Counted from the stretch's first letter, positions 47,990 to 61,991 are shown. The stretch is 64,000 bases of DNA from Candidatus Woesearchaeota archaeon (GCA_016192995.1 JACPTB010000005.1:133503-197502); one strand, 5' to 3'. Notes: generated by a model not told the origin, from the sequence alone. Program-made: numbers and translations.

Positions 47990-49396
47990 TTATTTCTTCT
48001 TTGGATTTAATTCCAGATATGCTTTTCCTTTATCTTCATCATACGTAAAGGTAAATGTTCCATCATTTGGCGCTGGGAAACATATTTGACCTTCTGGTGT
48101 TACCGTTGCACTAGGTATAGTAATCATAGGAGCAACTATTGGACCAGTATATTTTAATGGCACACAGGCACCATCTTTACAATACGTAGCAGAAGGGCAA
48201 TCAATTTCACCTGCTTTTTGAATAATGTTTTTACCATAATCACAGAAATACTCAGTAATTTTTGTTGGTTGATTTTTTACACATTCATCAGTAAGTTTTT
48301 CCCATTTTCCATAATCATTTTTACCATAAACAGTTCCCTGCACATAGGGATTAATATATCCATACTTGCTTACTGGTTCAAATGATTTATAGTTTTTATC
48401 AGTGACATCTGTGTCTGAACAAAGAATATCTTGAGCAACTTTCGCTGGAGCTACTTTTGCAGGTGGAGGAGTTTTCGGTTTAATATCTTTACAGTCACAC
48501 AATCCTGACCATCCTTCTAACATAGGATCTGCGGAATTGCTCTCTTCACTCATTAATCCTTTATTAATCAGTTCCTTCCATGAAGAATCTGAAGCTTTAT
48601 TCCCCCAGTCAGTTGAACTATAATAAAAACTATTTTTAGCCTCTAAATGTGCAGTTTTGACTTCGCCATTGCTTAAAGTGATTATGATATCAACATAAGG
48701 AACTGTTGCACAGGTTAAACCTGGTTGGCAAATATCTCCATACCACTGCTTGATTTCAAGTTCATTTCCAACTAACCCATCATATTTGCTTAAAACAGAT
48801 TTACTTGGAAACAAATAATGCTTAAATTCACAGGTTGTTTTACCTAAACAGTTAATAACATATTGAGGTAATGAATCTTCAAGAGCTTTTGCTTGTTCAG
48901 TTGTTCCTTTCTTTAACGTACCTGTTTTTACACCTATTCCAGGCTCGCCTGGAACAACAACATTAATATCTGAAATAGCTAAATTAGTTTTAAAGTACAT
49001 AGAAACGAAATATCCTGGCAAAGTTGTAGTATCAGATCCTGAAGATTCAAAAATAACATTCTGCCCTGGCATAACTGCATTTTTAAAAAATGCAGTATCT
49101 CTATAGACATATACCGTACCACTGACTTTTCCTTGCAGTGGCTGATCTTCGACAAGCTCCTGTGGATTAGAAAATTTTTGAGAAGGTTTTTTACTAGTAT
49201 CATATGCAGGAAGTGCCCTTGATACTTCTCTCACATCTCTCGCTGCAAATCCAGTAATACTATCAGAACTTGATGTTCCAGAATCACCTATGAAGATGAT
49301 TGCAACAATAACAACAGCTAAAACACCATACGCAATATATGCTTTATATTCCATGTTCTTTTTGAGAATACTTGATTTATATATTTTTTCATCCAA
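47990..49396 (-). CDS. Membrane-anchored Cys-rich surface protein
   Basis: N-terminal TM, ITGFA motif, C.DTD...D.C....EY.C....CP...C.DGAC module; start uncertain. Confidence 0.6.
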   Translation of the reverse strand: MDEKIYKSSILKKNMEYKAYIAYGVLAVVIVAIIFIGDSGTSSSDSITGFAARDVREVSRALPAYDTSKKPSQKFSNPQELVEDQPLQGKVSGTVYVYRDTAFFKNAVMPGQNVIFESSGSDTTTLPGYFVSMYFKTNLAISDINVVVPGEPGIGVKTGTLKKGTTEQAKALEDSLPQYVINCLGKTTCEFKHYLFPSKSVLSKYDGLVGNELEIKQWYGDICQPGLTCATVPYVDIIITLSNGEVKTAHLEAKNSFYYSSTDWGNKASDSSWKELINKGLMSEESNSADPMLEGWSGLCDCKDIKPKTPPPAKVAPAKVAQDILCSDTDVTDKNYKSFEPVSKYGYINPYVQGTVYGKNDYGKWEKLTDECVKNQPTKITEYFCDYGKNIIQKAGEIDCPSATYCKDGACVPLKYTGPIVAPMITIPSATVTPEGQICFPAPNDGTFTFTYDEDKGKAYLELNPKKK

Positions 49397-49397
49397 T

Positions 49398-49639
49398 GTA
49401 CGTATTAAGTCTGGTGGTTTAGCGCCTACTTTTGTGAAGCTCCTCTCGTATATTTATCGGGGATTTTTCGGAGTTCCTTGCCGATAGGCAAGTCTTATAA
49501 TCCCAGACGCAAGCCAAATTATGACTCCTTGATTTATATTATTGAGGGAGTCGGGATTATATTTATAGAGAGAAAAATCCAATTGAACTAACTTGAAAAG
49601 CTGAACCGGCGCTAAACCCGAAGAAGACTTAATACGTAC
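49398..49639. mobile_element. Palindromic element, copy A4 (inverted) with an 89-bp nested insert at 49478-49566
   Basis: TIR GTACGTATTAAGTC...GACTTAATACGTAC; perfect 8-bp TSD CATCCAAT; insert splits the apical loop GAGTTCC|AGAGAG. Confidence 0.9.
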
Positions 49640-49679
49640 CATCCAATAATTATTTAAACAACTGCTTATTAATCCGATC

Positions 49680-52181
49680 ATGCCTAAAGCAGAATTGAAA
49701 CCAGTTAGCTTCAAGCCAAATAAATCTGCCTTTATCTATTATCCACTGCTCATAGGTTTTATCATAAATGCAGTTGTATTCATTGTTCTCTTTAGTATTG
49801 CAAGTTTTCTCCTCCAAACAATTTCTCCTTTGCCTTTTATTCTGATTTTTCTGATAGTAGAAACGTATAGCATAATCAATAGACACCTACGTTATAACAA
49901 AGAAGAATACCTTATATATTCAGATAGACTTATTCAAAAAGGCGGTTCAATATTCTCAAACTACCAGACTGAATTAATCGTCAAGAATATTACCCATGTC
50001 AAAATGAGCATGCCATTTATAGAAAGCAAATGGTATGGGACTGGCAATATTCTTATACAATCCGCTGGCTCAGCTGCTACGCAAATCTATTTGCATGCTA
50101 TTGACACTCCAGAAAAGATTTACAATCAAATTGCAACCCTTATGCAGAAGAATGGTTTTAGATTAACAGGAAAGCAATTATTGCAGCAGGAATCACCTGA
50201 TACCTTAGGAGCGTTTTTTGAAGTTGGCAAGCAAAGCATTGGTATAGTAGCTGGTTTTTTTATTGCAGGGTCATGGTTGTTTGGCGCAAGCATCCTTATC
50301 TTGAAAAAAGCAACAGGAAAAGTGAATTTTGATATTATAGTGATTATAAGCGCACTTGTTATTGCTTTAATTATTCTGTTAATCTACCTTATTTTTCATT
50401 TCATTGATTTGATCAGAAGAAAATATTATATTTATACGGACATGATTATTTATACTGAAGGATTTTTAACCAAACATTATGCGTTTATGCCGGTTGAAAA
50501 CCTTGCAGATTCTGAAACTAATCAGACCATTATTGATAGAATATTTGGATTGTATGATGTTATTATTAGCTGCCAAGGTTCTGGCCAGGAAATCGTGTTC
50601 AAAAATATGAGAAATGGCCAAGAATTAGAGAAAAACATTGATGCATTAATTGCAAAATATGCTTCTCTTGCAAGAACTAAAGAAACAAGTTCAGGAATGT
50701 CAGCAATGACCGAGGAAAAAACACAGAAAATAGCAACAAGCTCAAGATTAAGCGCAGCAAAAGTCAGTCCTACCAGTTCTGCAATCCATAAAATCACGAC
50801 AACTAATTTTACTGGCGAATATAAGATGAATACGGTGCGGGCAATTGCTCCTGTGTTCATGGTGCTACCCTTATTTATCATTTTATTTCCAATCTTGATT
50901 TATTGGGGAATCTATCTTGTTAGTGTAATTATTCAGATGGTTGGCACCTCTTATTATATCAAGCAAAACAGTATTGAAGAGCGGTTTAAATTTATACATA
51001 TTAAAAATAAAGAATTTAGCTTAGATAAAATCACGTTAGTTATAATACGAGAAAGCATCATTGACAAATGGTTTGATACTATTAAAGTCGAATTCAGATC
51101 CATTGGCTCTTCAGGAAGCATTGTTTTCAAACACCTCAAAAAAACACCAGATTTAATCCCAAATATTCTTGCAAAAACAGGGATACAACAAGATCAGCTG
51201 CTTTACTCGGTTGCCGCGGATTTTAGTTTTGGTGAAATGATTAAGGCAAAACTATTTTCAACGATAGTATGGCTGCTGATTTTTGCTGCAACAATTATAA
51301 GCGGATTATTCTGGAGTCCATTGGTATTTATAGGAACCATACTTATGATTGTTGCTCTTATACCAACAATATTGTATCTTCAAGCTTATTATGAAGACAC
51401 CAAGCTTTCATTTTTCAAGAATTATGTTTACTGTAAAAAAGGACTAATTGTTAAAGAACATTTTTATGCGCATTATCCTAATATTAAGGATTTAACCATA
51501 ACAAAATATGCATGTTCAAACCATGGAACAGCATATTTTAATGTTGCAGGAGAAATGCTTGTCAGCACCGGAAAAAGCCAAACTATTGTTTCTAGCGGAT
51601 TCAGCATTAATTATGTGCCAAACATTCAAGACAAGGATGAATTGATAGATATTATACTTGATAGACATCCTTCATCTGAACAAATAAAAAAGATAGAACA
51701 AAATATTAATGCTCATAAAGAGACACCACTAATGCTTGTTAAACCTAGTATTGCAAACAGCATGATAAAAACAATAATCTTTTTGACGATTATTACGATG
51801 GTTGGAATTTCAGCGGCAATGTTTTTAGTGCCGCAAGCAGAAGGGTTAAGGGATCTGATTATTGCTGGAATAATAGGATTAATAATAGCGTTTGATCTTT
51901 TTATATTGATTCTTGTAATTATATCGGTTAAAGTTAAATCATATGCCATTGAATCATACAGAGTTGTAGAAAAATCAGGTATCATTTACAAAAAACAAAC
52001 ATCTATTATCTTTGATAAAATTGATTTTATTAATACCTATGAAGGTATGCTTAACAAGCTGTTTAGGAACGGAAATATTACGGTTAACACTGCAGGAAGC
52101 TCAGCTCCTGAATTGGTTATAAGCAATATTCCTGAATACAAAGAATTTTATGAGATGTTGAAAAAGTATTATAAGAAATAG
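49680..52181 (+). CDS. Membrane protein with repeated bacterial PH (bPH_2, YdbS/YdbT-like) modules
   Basis: Five repeats of a TM pair followed by Y.I....I....G....I.....G.I modules. Confidence 0.75.
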   Translation: MPKAELKPVSFKPNKSAFIYYPLLIGFIINAVVFIVLFSIASFLLQTISPLPFILIFLIVETYSIINRHLRYNKEEYLIYSDRLIQKGGSIFSNYQTELIVKNITHVKMSMPFIESKWYGTGNILIQSAGSAATQIYLHAIDTPEKIYNQIATLMQKNGFRLTGKQLLQQESPDTLGAFFEVGKQSIGIVAGFFIAGSWLFGASILILKKATGKVNFDIIVIISALVIALIILLIYLIFHFIDLIRRKYYIYTDMIIYTEGFLTKHYAFMPVENLADSETNQTIIDRIFGLYDVIISCQGSGQEIVFKNMRNGQELEKNIDALIAKYASLARTKETSSGMSAMTEEKTQKIATSSRLSAAKVSPTSSAIHKITTTNFTGEYKMNTVRAIAPVFMVLPLFIILFPILIYWGIYLVSVIIQMVGTSYYIKQNSIEERFKFIHIKNKEFSLDKITLVIIRESIIDKWFDTIKVEFRSIGSSGSIVFKHLKKTPDLIPNILAKTGIQQDQLLYSVAADFSFGEMIKAKLFSTIVWLLIFAATIISGLFWSPLVFIGTILMIVALIPTILYLQAYYEDTKLSFFKNYVYCKKGLIVKEHFYAHYPNIKDLTITKYACSNHGTAYFNVAGEMLVSTGKSQTIVSSGFSINYVPNIQDKDELIDIILDRHPSSEQIKKIEQNINAHKETPLMLVKPSIANSMIKTIIFLTIITMVGISAAMFLVPQAEGLRDLIIAGIIGLIIAFDLFILILVIISVKVKSYAIESYRVVEKSGIIYKKQTSIIFDKIDFINTYEGMLNKLFRNGNITVNTAGSSAPELVISNIPEYKEFYEMLKKYYKK

Positions 52182-52207
52182 CTTATGGAACTTTTGAGAG
52201 AATCATG

Positions 52208-52264
52208 GTACGTAATAAGTCTTCTATGATTTTAGTGTCGGTTCAGCTTTTGAAGTGAAATTCA
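52208..52264. repeat. Truncated core-A element, copy A5 (left arm only)
   Basis: GTACGTAATAAGTCTTCTATGATTTTAGTGTCGGTTCAGCTTTTGAAGTG, then similarity ends. Confidence 0.8.
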
Positions 52265-52272
52265 AAAAATAA

Positions 52273-53094
52273 TTATGTTTCCCCTTTTTTCTGTTCATTA
52301 ATAAATTCTAATGTTTTTTCAACCATCATAGAATAACTAACAAACAAGCTATAATCTGGAAAATGTTTTAGTGCCTGATCAATTAATTCCTTTGCCTTTT
52401 GGTATTGTTTTACCGCAAAAAGAAGATTAAATAAATGATCATAAAGACGAACACTTTCTTTGCTTTTCATATTTAGGTTAATTCCGTGAGTAAACATCTC
52501 TAATGCTTTCATGGGATTGTTCATTTTAATGGAAAGCAAGCCATAATCATCATGCAGTTGTTGATCTTGGGGAAGAATCTGCAGTGCTTTATCAAGGAGT
52601 TTAACGCAAGCATCGTATTGTTTTTGATCAAATAAGATTTTAAAAAGATTATGAGTAGCAGATTGATGGGCTGGCTGCAACTGCAAGATTTTAAAAAATA
52701 ATTTTTTGGCGTGAGAAAATTGTTTTGTTTTTCCCTGCAGTAATCCATAGCTGAATAATGCAGGTATAAAATCTGGTTTTATTTTTAATGCTTTTCCAAA
52801 ATACGGCAGCGCAAGATCATATTTTTTCTTACGCATAAACAGCTCTCCTATACGGGCTGCTGCAATAAAATTCTTGTTGTCATTATCAAAAGTGTCAATA
52901 TAATGATCAATCGCTTGGTCAGCATTCCCTAATAGTTCAGCTACTTCACCCAGTTGAGCGTGATATTTTGGATTTTTAGGATCTTGCTCTGATTGCTTTT
53001 TGATTTCATCATATTTAGCTTGGAGCTGAGCTTCAGAAAGCACTTGTTTTCCTTGTTCTGTTGGCAATGGTGTGACCATAGCAAAGAAAAACAA
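52273..53094 (-). CDS. Tetratricopeptide repeat protein
   Basis: Repeated A...F.KAL...P TPR pattern. Confidence 0.85.
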   Translation of the reverse strand: MFFFAMVTPLPTEQGKQVLSEAQLQAKYDEIKKQSEQDPKNPKYHAQLGEVAELLGNADQAIDHYIDTFDNDNKNFIAAARIGELFMRKKKYDLALPYFGKALKIKPDFIPALFSYGLLQGKTKQFSHAKKLFFKILQLQPAHQSATHNLFKILFDQKQYDACVKLLDKALQILPQDQQLHDDYGLLSIKMNNPMKALEMFTHGINLNMKSKESVRLYDHLFNLLFAVKQYQKAKELIDQALKHFPDYSLFVSYSMMVEKTLEFINEQKKGET

Positions 53095-53142
53095 AGAGGT
53101 GTTTTTAAAGTTTGTTGTTGCTGTTAGTTGAATAAGATAGCG

Positions 53143-53358
53143 TCATTTCTTTTTTATTAATTTGCTCAAAAGCTCTTGACTTTTTTTAACTTGATCTTCA
53201 GAAGCGCTTAAAACAATTTCTCTTTCTTCTGCTAAGTTATGAATATCATAAATGCTAAGTTCCAATACTTCTGCAGCTTTCCCTATTGAAATTCTCCCTT
53301 TTGAACATAAATCTAAAACATATTCTTGAAGACCTCTGTATAATAATTGCTTTGTCAT
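53143..53358 (-). CDS. UPF0175-family protein (orphan, possibly truncated)
   Basis: GRISIGKAAEVLELSIYD motif. Confidence 0.6.
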   Translation of the reverse strand: MTKQLLYRGLQEYVLDLCSKGRISIGKAAEVLELSIYDIHNLAEEREIVLSASEDQVKKSQELLSKLIKKK

Positions 53359-53588
53359 AGTATCATCCTAATATTTATTTTGTAGTTTTAAAATGTTTTG
53401 AATTAATGATTCAAGTGTATATTAGTAATAGAAACTTTCATATATTGCTAATATATAAAATGTTGTGATAAAAATAAATTAGTTCCTGCATGGAAATGGC
53501 TGCTGAAGGATTGAAGTGTATTACCTTAAGTGTTTCTTGTCCATTTTGATTGGCACCCTTCAGTGCATATCTTTTTAAAACAATGATA

Positions 53589-56057
<2,469 letters not shown>

Positions 56058-56170
56058 TTATTTATATAATTTGTGATGAAAGTCGTATTAATTTCTATAT
56101 TGAAAATAAATAATAAGCTAAGATAAATAACCATTGGTTTTAAAAACAAAAAATAATTTCCTTAAGTAAA

Positions 56171-57094
56171 ATGTTTCAGAAACGTAAACCACAGCAATTA
56201 TGGACAGATTATCTTGTTGAACGGCTTCACGATGAAGGGTACACACAGGTTAAACCATTCTCAGAATGTGAAAGAGCTTATTTTCCTGATGATATACATA
56301 GGGAACATCATATTACCTTAGAAACAATAATAAGTAATGGTGATGTAGAAATAATTTTACAAAGAGGATTTGATACAGTTGATATTGGTGAACAAGGACT
56401 AAGAACTGCTGCTGGATATTATACACCAGATCGTCTTACTGAAATTCTTAAAAATGCCAAATCGTATGATGATATACCATTTATTATAATGCATCAACTC
56501 GGGTTGCTTAGAGAATCTCTCATGTTAATTTTCAAAGATAAAAGTGGGTGGGAAGAGCTGGTAACACTCCAGTTTGAAGATTATAGAGTATTACGTGGGT
56601 CTATTTCTAGTTCAATAGCTGCACCTCATTTGTTGAGAGAATATTTACAAGAAGCAGATAATGTTGTTCAATTTACTCCCCAAAGATTCGCAAATGCTCT
56701 TGTTAAATATGTTAAAACCACCGTAAAACCTGTTGGTGAATCATCTTCTGCCAGAGAAGAACGTCAAGAATTATCAAGATGCTATCAACGACCAGAAAAT
56801 GCTGATTATGGTGCTGGAGTAGTACATGAGGAAGTAGCTGCACAATTAGAGAAAAATCCTCGTGAAATTAGATTAAAGAGTTTTGAAGGTCAAAATATCT
56901 ATGAACTCTACCTATTAAAAAATAATCATCAACCAAAAATAAGAGGGAGGGGATATACCTTACGAGGCGTGGTTGATAAAGTAGAAGTAGTTAAAAGAGT
57001 AAGGAAGTTATTTCAGCGTATACGCACAACACCTCAAGATATGAGAATTGTATATCAAAAAGATGGTCAAAAATATGCTATTTATACGAGATAA
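56171..57094 (+). CDS. Hypothetical protein
   Basis: 307-aa ORF divergent from gyrB; no confident family. Confidence 0.6.
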   Translation: MFQKRKPQQLWTDYLVERLHDEGYTQVKPFSECERAYFPDDIHREHHITLETIISNGDVEIILQRGFDTVDIGEQGLRTAAGYYTPDRLTEILKNAKSYDDIPFIIMHQLGLLRESLMLIFKDKSGWEELVTLQFEDYRVLRGSISSSIAAPHLLREYLQEADNVVQFTPQRFANALVKYVKTTVKPVGESSSAREERQELSRCYQRPENADYGAGVVHEEVAAQLEKNPREIRLKSFEGQNIYELYLLKNNHQPKIRGRGYTLRGVVDKVEVVKRVRKLFQRIRTTPQDMRIVYQKDGQKYAIYTR

Positions 57095-59659
57095 TATGTT
57101 CTCCTTATCCACTTGACTAATTCATTCACTATAATCATGCTTAAACCAGTAACAAAAATAATACTCCAATCAGTAAAACTTAATGGGACTGCATGAAAAT
57201 AACCTGCAATACGTGGAACTGAAATAATGATAATAGTTGAAAGTATTGAAATAATAACTCCACCAAGCAAGAATTTATTTGAAAGCAAATGTTTATTAAA
57301 AATACTCTGTTTGCTATCACGGCAATTAAATATATTAATCATTTGACAAACAATGATAGTTACAAACGGAATAGTAGCTGCTTTTTCAGGCATTCCTTGA
57401 TATAAAAACCAAGAATAGAGTATGATAGCGCTGAGAGCAATAACAACGCTATTAGCAAGAATCCTGATTAATATTTCTTTCCCTAAAATTGACTTTGTTC
57501 TATCTCTTGGTTTTTCTTTCATGATATCGTGAGATACAGGATCAACGCTTAAAGCAAGCGCTGGCAATACTTCTGTTCCCAGATCAATCCATAATATCTG
57601 CACTGCCGACAACAAATTCCCAACACCAGGTAATAACGAGAACATTACAACAAAAAACTCAGCAGTTATTCCTGAAAACACGTAGAGTATAAACTTGATA
57701 ATGTTATTATAGATTATTCTCCCTTCTTTAACAGCATGTACGATAGTTGAAAAGGAATCATCAAGCAAAACCATTTTAGAAGCTTCTTTGCTGACATCAG
57801 TTCCTGTTCTGCCCATAGCAACACCGATATCTGCCTTTTTCAAAGCAGGAGCATCATTAACGCCATCTCCAGTCATAGCAACAATATGCCCTTGCTCTTG
57901 CAGCAGCGTAACTATCCTTAATTTTTGTTGCGGATTAATATGAGCAAACACACGAACAGTTTTCAAAGAATCTTTTAATTGTTCATCAGTCATGGTTAAG
58001 AGTTCATCCCCTGTAATCACTGAATCTCCACCAGCAATAATACCAACCTCTTTTGCTATGGCAGATGCTGTTGTCTTTTGATCGCCAGTTGTCATGATTA
58101 CGGTGATTCCTGCAGTTTTACATAATCGTATGGCTTCTTTGACCTCAGAACGCGGCGGATCAATCATCCCTACAAAACCGACAAAGATCATGTTTTGCTC
58201 TAATTGTTTTTTGTCACTTAGTTTATACGATGACAATGATTTGTAAGCGCATGCAAGAACACGTAGAGCGCGATCACCCATTGCATGATTTACTTCAAGA
58301 ATTTTCTTTTTCTCTTGAGAAGTAAATTTTTTAACCTTTCCATTTATTTTAATATGCGTGCAATGAGCAACAACTTCATAGGGAGCGCCTTTAGTATAAG
58401 AAAGATATTTTTTAACAGTTTTATGAACAGTAGTCATGATTTTACGTTCAGAAGTAAAAGAGATTTCATCGATCCTTTGAAAAGTATTTTTAAGAACATC
58501 AACATTAAGATTGCTCTTTGCTGCAGCAACAAGGAGTGCAAGCTCAGTCGGATCGCCAACAAGAGTATTCTCTGAAAACTGAGCATTATTGCACAGGCTC
58601 GATATCTGTAAAATATCTCGGTAGTTACAATTATTTTTTGTTCCTGGAACAAAAATTTCTTTAACGGTCATTTCATTTTTAGTCAATGTTCCTGTTTTAT
58701 CGGTGCAAATAACCGTAGTGCAGCCAAGCGTTTCAACAGAAGAAAGCTTTCGAATAATAGCATTTTGCGCTGCCATTTTTTTAACACCCATAGCTAAAGC
58801 AATAGTAACTGTAGCAGGCAATCCTTCAGGAACAACAGCAACTGCTAATGCAATGGAAAATAAAAATACCTCATGTAAGACCGAAAGAGAAAATCCTGAT
58901 TGCCATAAACTATGACCAATAACTAATAAAGATATGCTTACGGCAACCTTAGCAATAAACATGCCAATCTTATTTAATTCTTGCTGAAGAGGACTCTCGT
59001 CAAGAGAGACTTTTGTCGTGATATGGGCAATCTTTCCAAGTTCTGTATTCATACCTATACTGGTGATCACAGCTTTAAGGTGCCCGGATTGCAGCAAAGT
59101 TCCAGCATAGAGACTGTTTTCCTTCGCCATCGCCATAAGCTATTTTAGATTGAGGGAGTGATTCACCTGTCAAAGATGCTTCATTGACATGGACATTAAC
59201 TGCTTCCAAGATAACAGCATCTGCAGGGATGTTAGTTCCTTCTTCAAGGAGGATAATATCTCCAACAACTAAATCACGCACAGATAGTACACTGATAGTT
59301 CCATCACGTAATACTTGGCAGGTTGAAGCAACCATTTTTTTCAATGCTTCTATTGATTTTTCTGCTTTAAATTCCTGTATAAATCCTATGCAAATATTAA
59401 TCAAAACTATAATCAGAATTAACCACGCATCTGAACCAGCTCCGGTAAGCCAAGCAACAAATGCTGCGATAATTAAGAGTATAATAAGCATGTCTTTAAA
59501 CTGATGAAAAAAGAGTCTCAATACATTAAAACCAGTTGTCCTTTTAAGTTCGTTATAACCATATTGTTTTTGCCGCGCTTGAACTTCAGATTGGCTTAAG
59601 CCTCGAACCTTAGTATTAAACTTCTTATAAAACCTTGCAGAATAACTATGTTGAGCCAT
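57082..59659 (-). pseudogene. Cation-transporting P-type ATPase split by a frameshift near 59110-59140
   Basis: N-part has EASLTGES; C-part has PEGL, DKTGTLT, KGAP, DPPR, TGD, GDGVNDAPAL in another frame. Confidence 0.85.
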
Positions 59660-59703
59660 ATCATTTTTATAGCACTTACTCTTAAAAAAGTTAACTATTT
59701 TAT

Positions 59704-59866
59704 GGCTTCGGTGAAAATGTAGTTTTTGGTGCCATGCTGGTGATTATCTTTCAAATTAATGAGCGAGAAAAAAGGAAATTCCAATAGGAATTTTTTCCTT
59801 CTTATCAACAAGTGGGATAATCACGGCACCAAAACCGAGGCGTGAGCCGAGATTTTCACTGAAGCC
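59704..59866. mobile_element. Palindromic element, copy B3
   Basis: TIR GGCTTCGGTGAAAAT...ATTTTCACTGAAGCC; TSD CTATTTTAT/ATATTTTAT (8 of 9); core B. Confidence 0.9.
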
Positions 59867-59928
59867 ATATTTTATATCATTTTATATAAAGAATAAGATT
59901 AGCTACTACAAGTAGGAGGTTTATCTAC

Positions 59929-61293
59929 ATGATTAATGTTCTTTTAGTCTATCCACCATTCTGCACACCTGCTGCTCCACCTTATTCAATAACTTATTTA
60001 CATACGTTTCTTCGAAATAATCTTCCAGAAGAATATACCGTAAGTGTGATAGATCTCAATATTTTTTTTCATAATAAGAAATTTCAAGAATATCATACTT
60101 ATTAAAAAAAATATGATAAAAAAACTTATTCAGGAAAAACTAAGCAATTTCTCGCATTAACAAATCAATGCTACGCAGAAAACAATAAAAAAGTGGTTAA
60201 TAACTTAGAACCTGAATTACTAGAGGAATCTCTCCGTTATATTTTAAGTAAAGCGCCTGATGTTGTTGCATTCAGCATAGTTTATTCGAGCCAAGCATTT
60301 TATGCCTATGCTTTGCTTAAAGAGTTAAAAAAACAAGGCATTAAAACAGGTATAGGCGGCCCATGCATTAATAACAAACTAAAAGGGATTGCAGATGTTA
60401 CGTGCAGTAATGAAGTTGTGTTTTTGGAATATATACTTACTATACTTAAATATTCCATAGATCATAATGCATTGAAGACAAATAGAATCCTTGATTTTTC
60501 AATATATAATCTCGAAGATTATTTTACTTTTTCTCCAGTATTGTCTTTAAAAACATCAAATAGCTGTTATTATAAACAATGTACTTTCTGCACCCACCAT
60601 GGCAATGCGCAATATAGAGAACACTCTTTGGAAGATATTAAGAAAACTATTGTCAAATCACAACAAAAATATTTCTTTCTTGTTGATGAAATGATCCCAA
60701 AAAACAGGTTATTAGAAATTGCCGAATTACTTAAGCCGTTAAATATCATCTGGATGTGCCAACTGCGTCCGACAAAAGATTTAGACAAAACAACCTTGGA
60801 AACATTAAGAAAAGCAGGATTGAAGGCAATTTTATGGGGTGTTGAATCTGCAAGTGATCGCATTTTGCAGCTGATGAAAAAAGGCACTAATAAAAAAGAT
60901 ATTAGTTTAGTTATTAACAATGCAAAAGAAGCTGGCATTACTAATGTAACCTATATTATGTTTGGGTTTCCTACTGAAACAAAAGAAGAGTTCATTGAAA
61001 CCATTGATTTTTTAAAGGCGCATGAAAAAAGTATTGACTTAATCTCGCCAACAATTTTTGGTTTGCAAAAAGATGCGCCGATGTTTAACAAGCCTGAGCA
61101 ATATGGCATCACCCAAATAATAACTGAACAAAGAACTATTCTTGAGCCGAAAATTACCTATAAACTTTCTCAAGGATTATCGCATGAACAGGTGATAAAG
61201 CTCAGCAAAGCTTACAAGCAAACACTTCAAAAAATTAATAAATTTCCTAAAGAAATGAATTTCTTCCGAGAGCATATGTTAGTGTTGTTATAG
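59929..61293 (+). pseudogene. B12-binding radical SAM protein with one in-frame TAA at 60103-60105
   Basis: AGGAGGT SD, then MINVLLVYPPF in the same frame as the 60193 ORF; CYYKQCTFC, GVESAS, MFGFPTET. Confidence 0.8.
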
Positions 61294-61454
61294 GCAGTGT
61301 AGAAAATCTCGGCATAGCCTCGGTTTTGGTGCCGTGATTATCTCACTTGTTTATAAGAAGGAAAAAATTCCTATTGGAATTTCCTTTTTTCCCACATATT
61401 AATTTGAAGGATAATCACAAGGGTGGCACCAAAAACTACATTTTCTACACTGCT
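61293..61454. mobile_element. Palindromic element, copy B4
   Basis: TIR GGCAGTGTAGAAAA...TTTTCTACACTGCT; TSD GTTGTTATA/GTTGTTATG (8 of 9); core B. Confidence 0.9.
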
Positions 61455-61498
61455 GTTGTTATGATCAACTATTTAAACAACTCTTTTTTCTCATAATT

Positions 61499-61981
61499 AT
61501 GACACTAGAAGTTATTGGTTTGTTAGAGAAACATCATATTGCATACAAACTCCATACTCATAAAGCTGTATTTACCTGTGCTGAAGCAGAAGAACATTGT
61601 AAACATATTCCTGGATTAGCATGCAAAAATCTTTTTCTTAAAGATAAATATACCCATCAATGCTATCTTGTTATTCTTCCTGCTGCTAAGAAAATGGATT
61701 TTAAAAAATTTGAGAAAATGCTCGGCAGTAAGAAAATAATGTTTGGAGATGAAAATCAATTAATGGATATTCTGAAGTTAACAAAAGGTGCTGTTAGTCC
61801 ATTTGGATTATTGAACGACACCGAACTGAAAACAGAAGTGTATATTGACCAAGAAGTTTGGGAAGCAGACATTGTTAGTTTTCATCCTAATATCAATACT
61901 GAAACATTGGAATTAAGCAAGGAGATGTTTCAGAAGTTTATTAAAACATTGAAGCATATTTACACGGTAATTTTATTTTAA
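61499..61981 (+). CDS. YbaK/ProX-family aminoacyl-tRNA deacylase
   Basis: H.AVFT..E, KNLFLKD, GAVSPFGLLND, FHP.INT. Confidence 0.88.
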   Translation: MTLEVIGLLEKHHIAYKLHTHKAVFTCAEAEEHCKHIPGLACKNLFLKDKYTHQCYLVILPAAKKMDFKKFEKMLGSKKIMFGDENQLMDILKLTKGAVSPFGLLNDTELKTEVYIDQEVWEADIVSFHPNINTETLELSKEMFQKFIKTLKHIYTVILF

Positions 61982-61991
61982 CTTTCCTTGC

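Noticed and set aside
49290-49886. Short ORFs 49290-49487, 49454-49714 and 49650-49886 (also 42047-42229, 43131-43391, 43179-43415, 12123-12341)
   Set aside because: They run through palindromic elements or lie antisense to real genes; reading frames are not conserved between element copies
56171-57094. HisG/periplasmic-binding-protein-like fold
   Set aside because: Only faint motif resemblance; cannot be supported without a profile search
59110-59140. Programmed -1 frameshift in the P-type ATPase
   Set aside because: The required shift is +1 (or -2) and no canonical X XXY YYZ heptamer is in frame; mutation or assembly error is more likely
60103-60105. Stop-codon reassignment
   Set aside because: TAA, TAG and TGA all terminate well-supported genes in this window
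59704-61454. Composite transposon B3-radical SAM-B4
   Set aside because: Each element has its own separate TSD and different TIRs, indicating independent insertions
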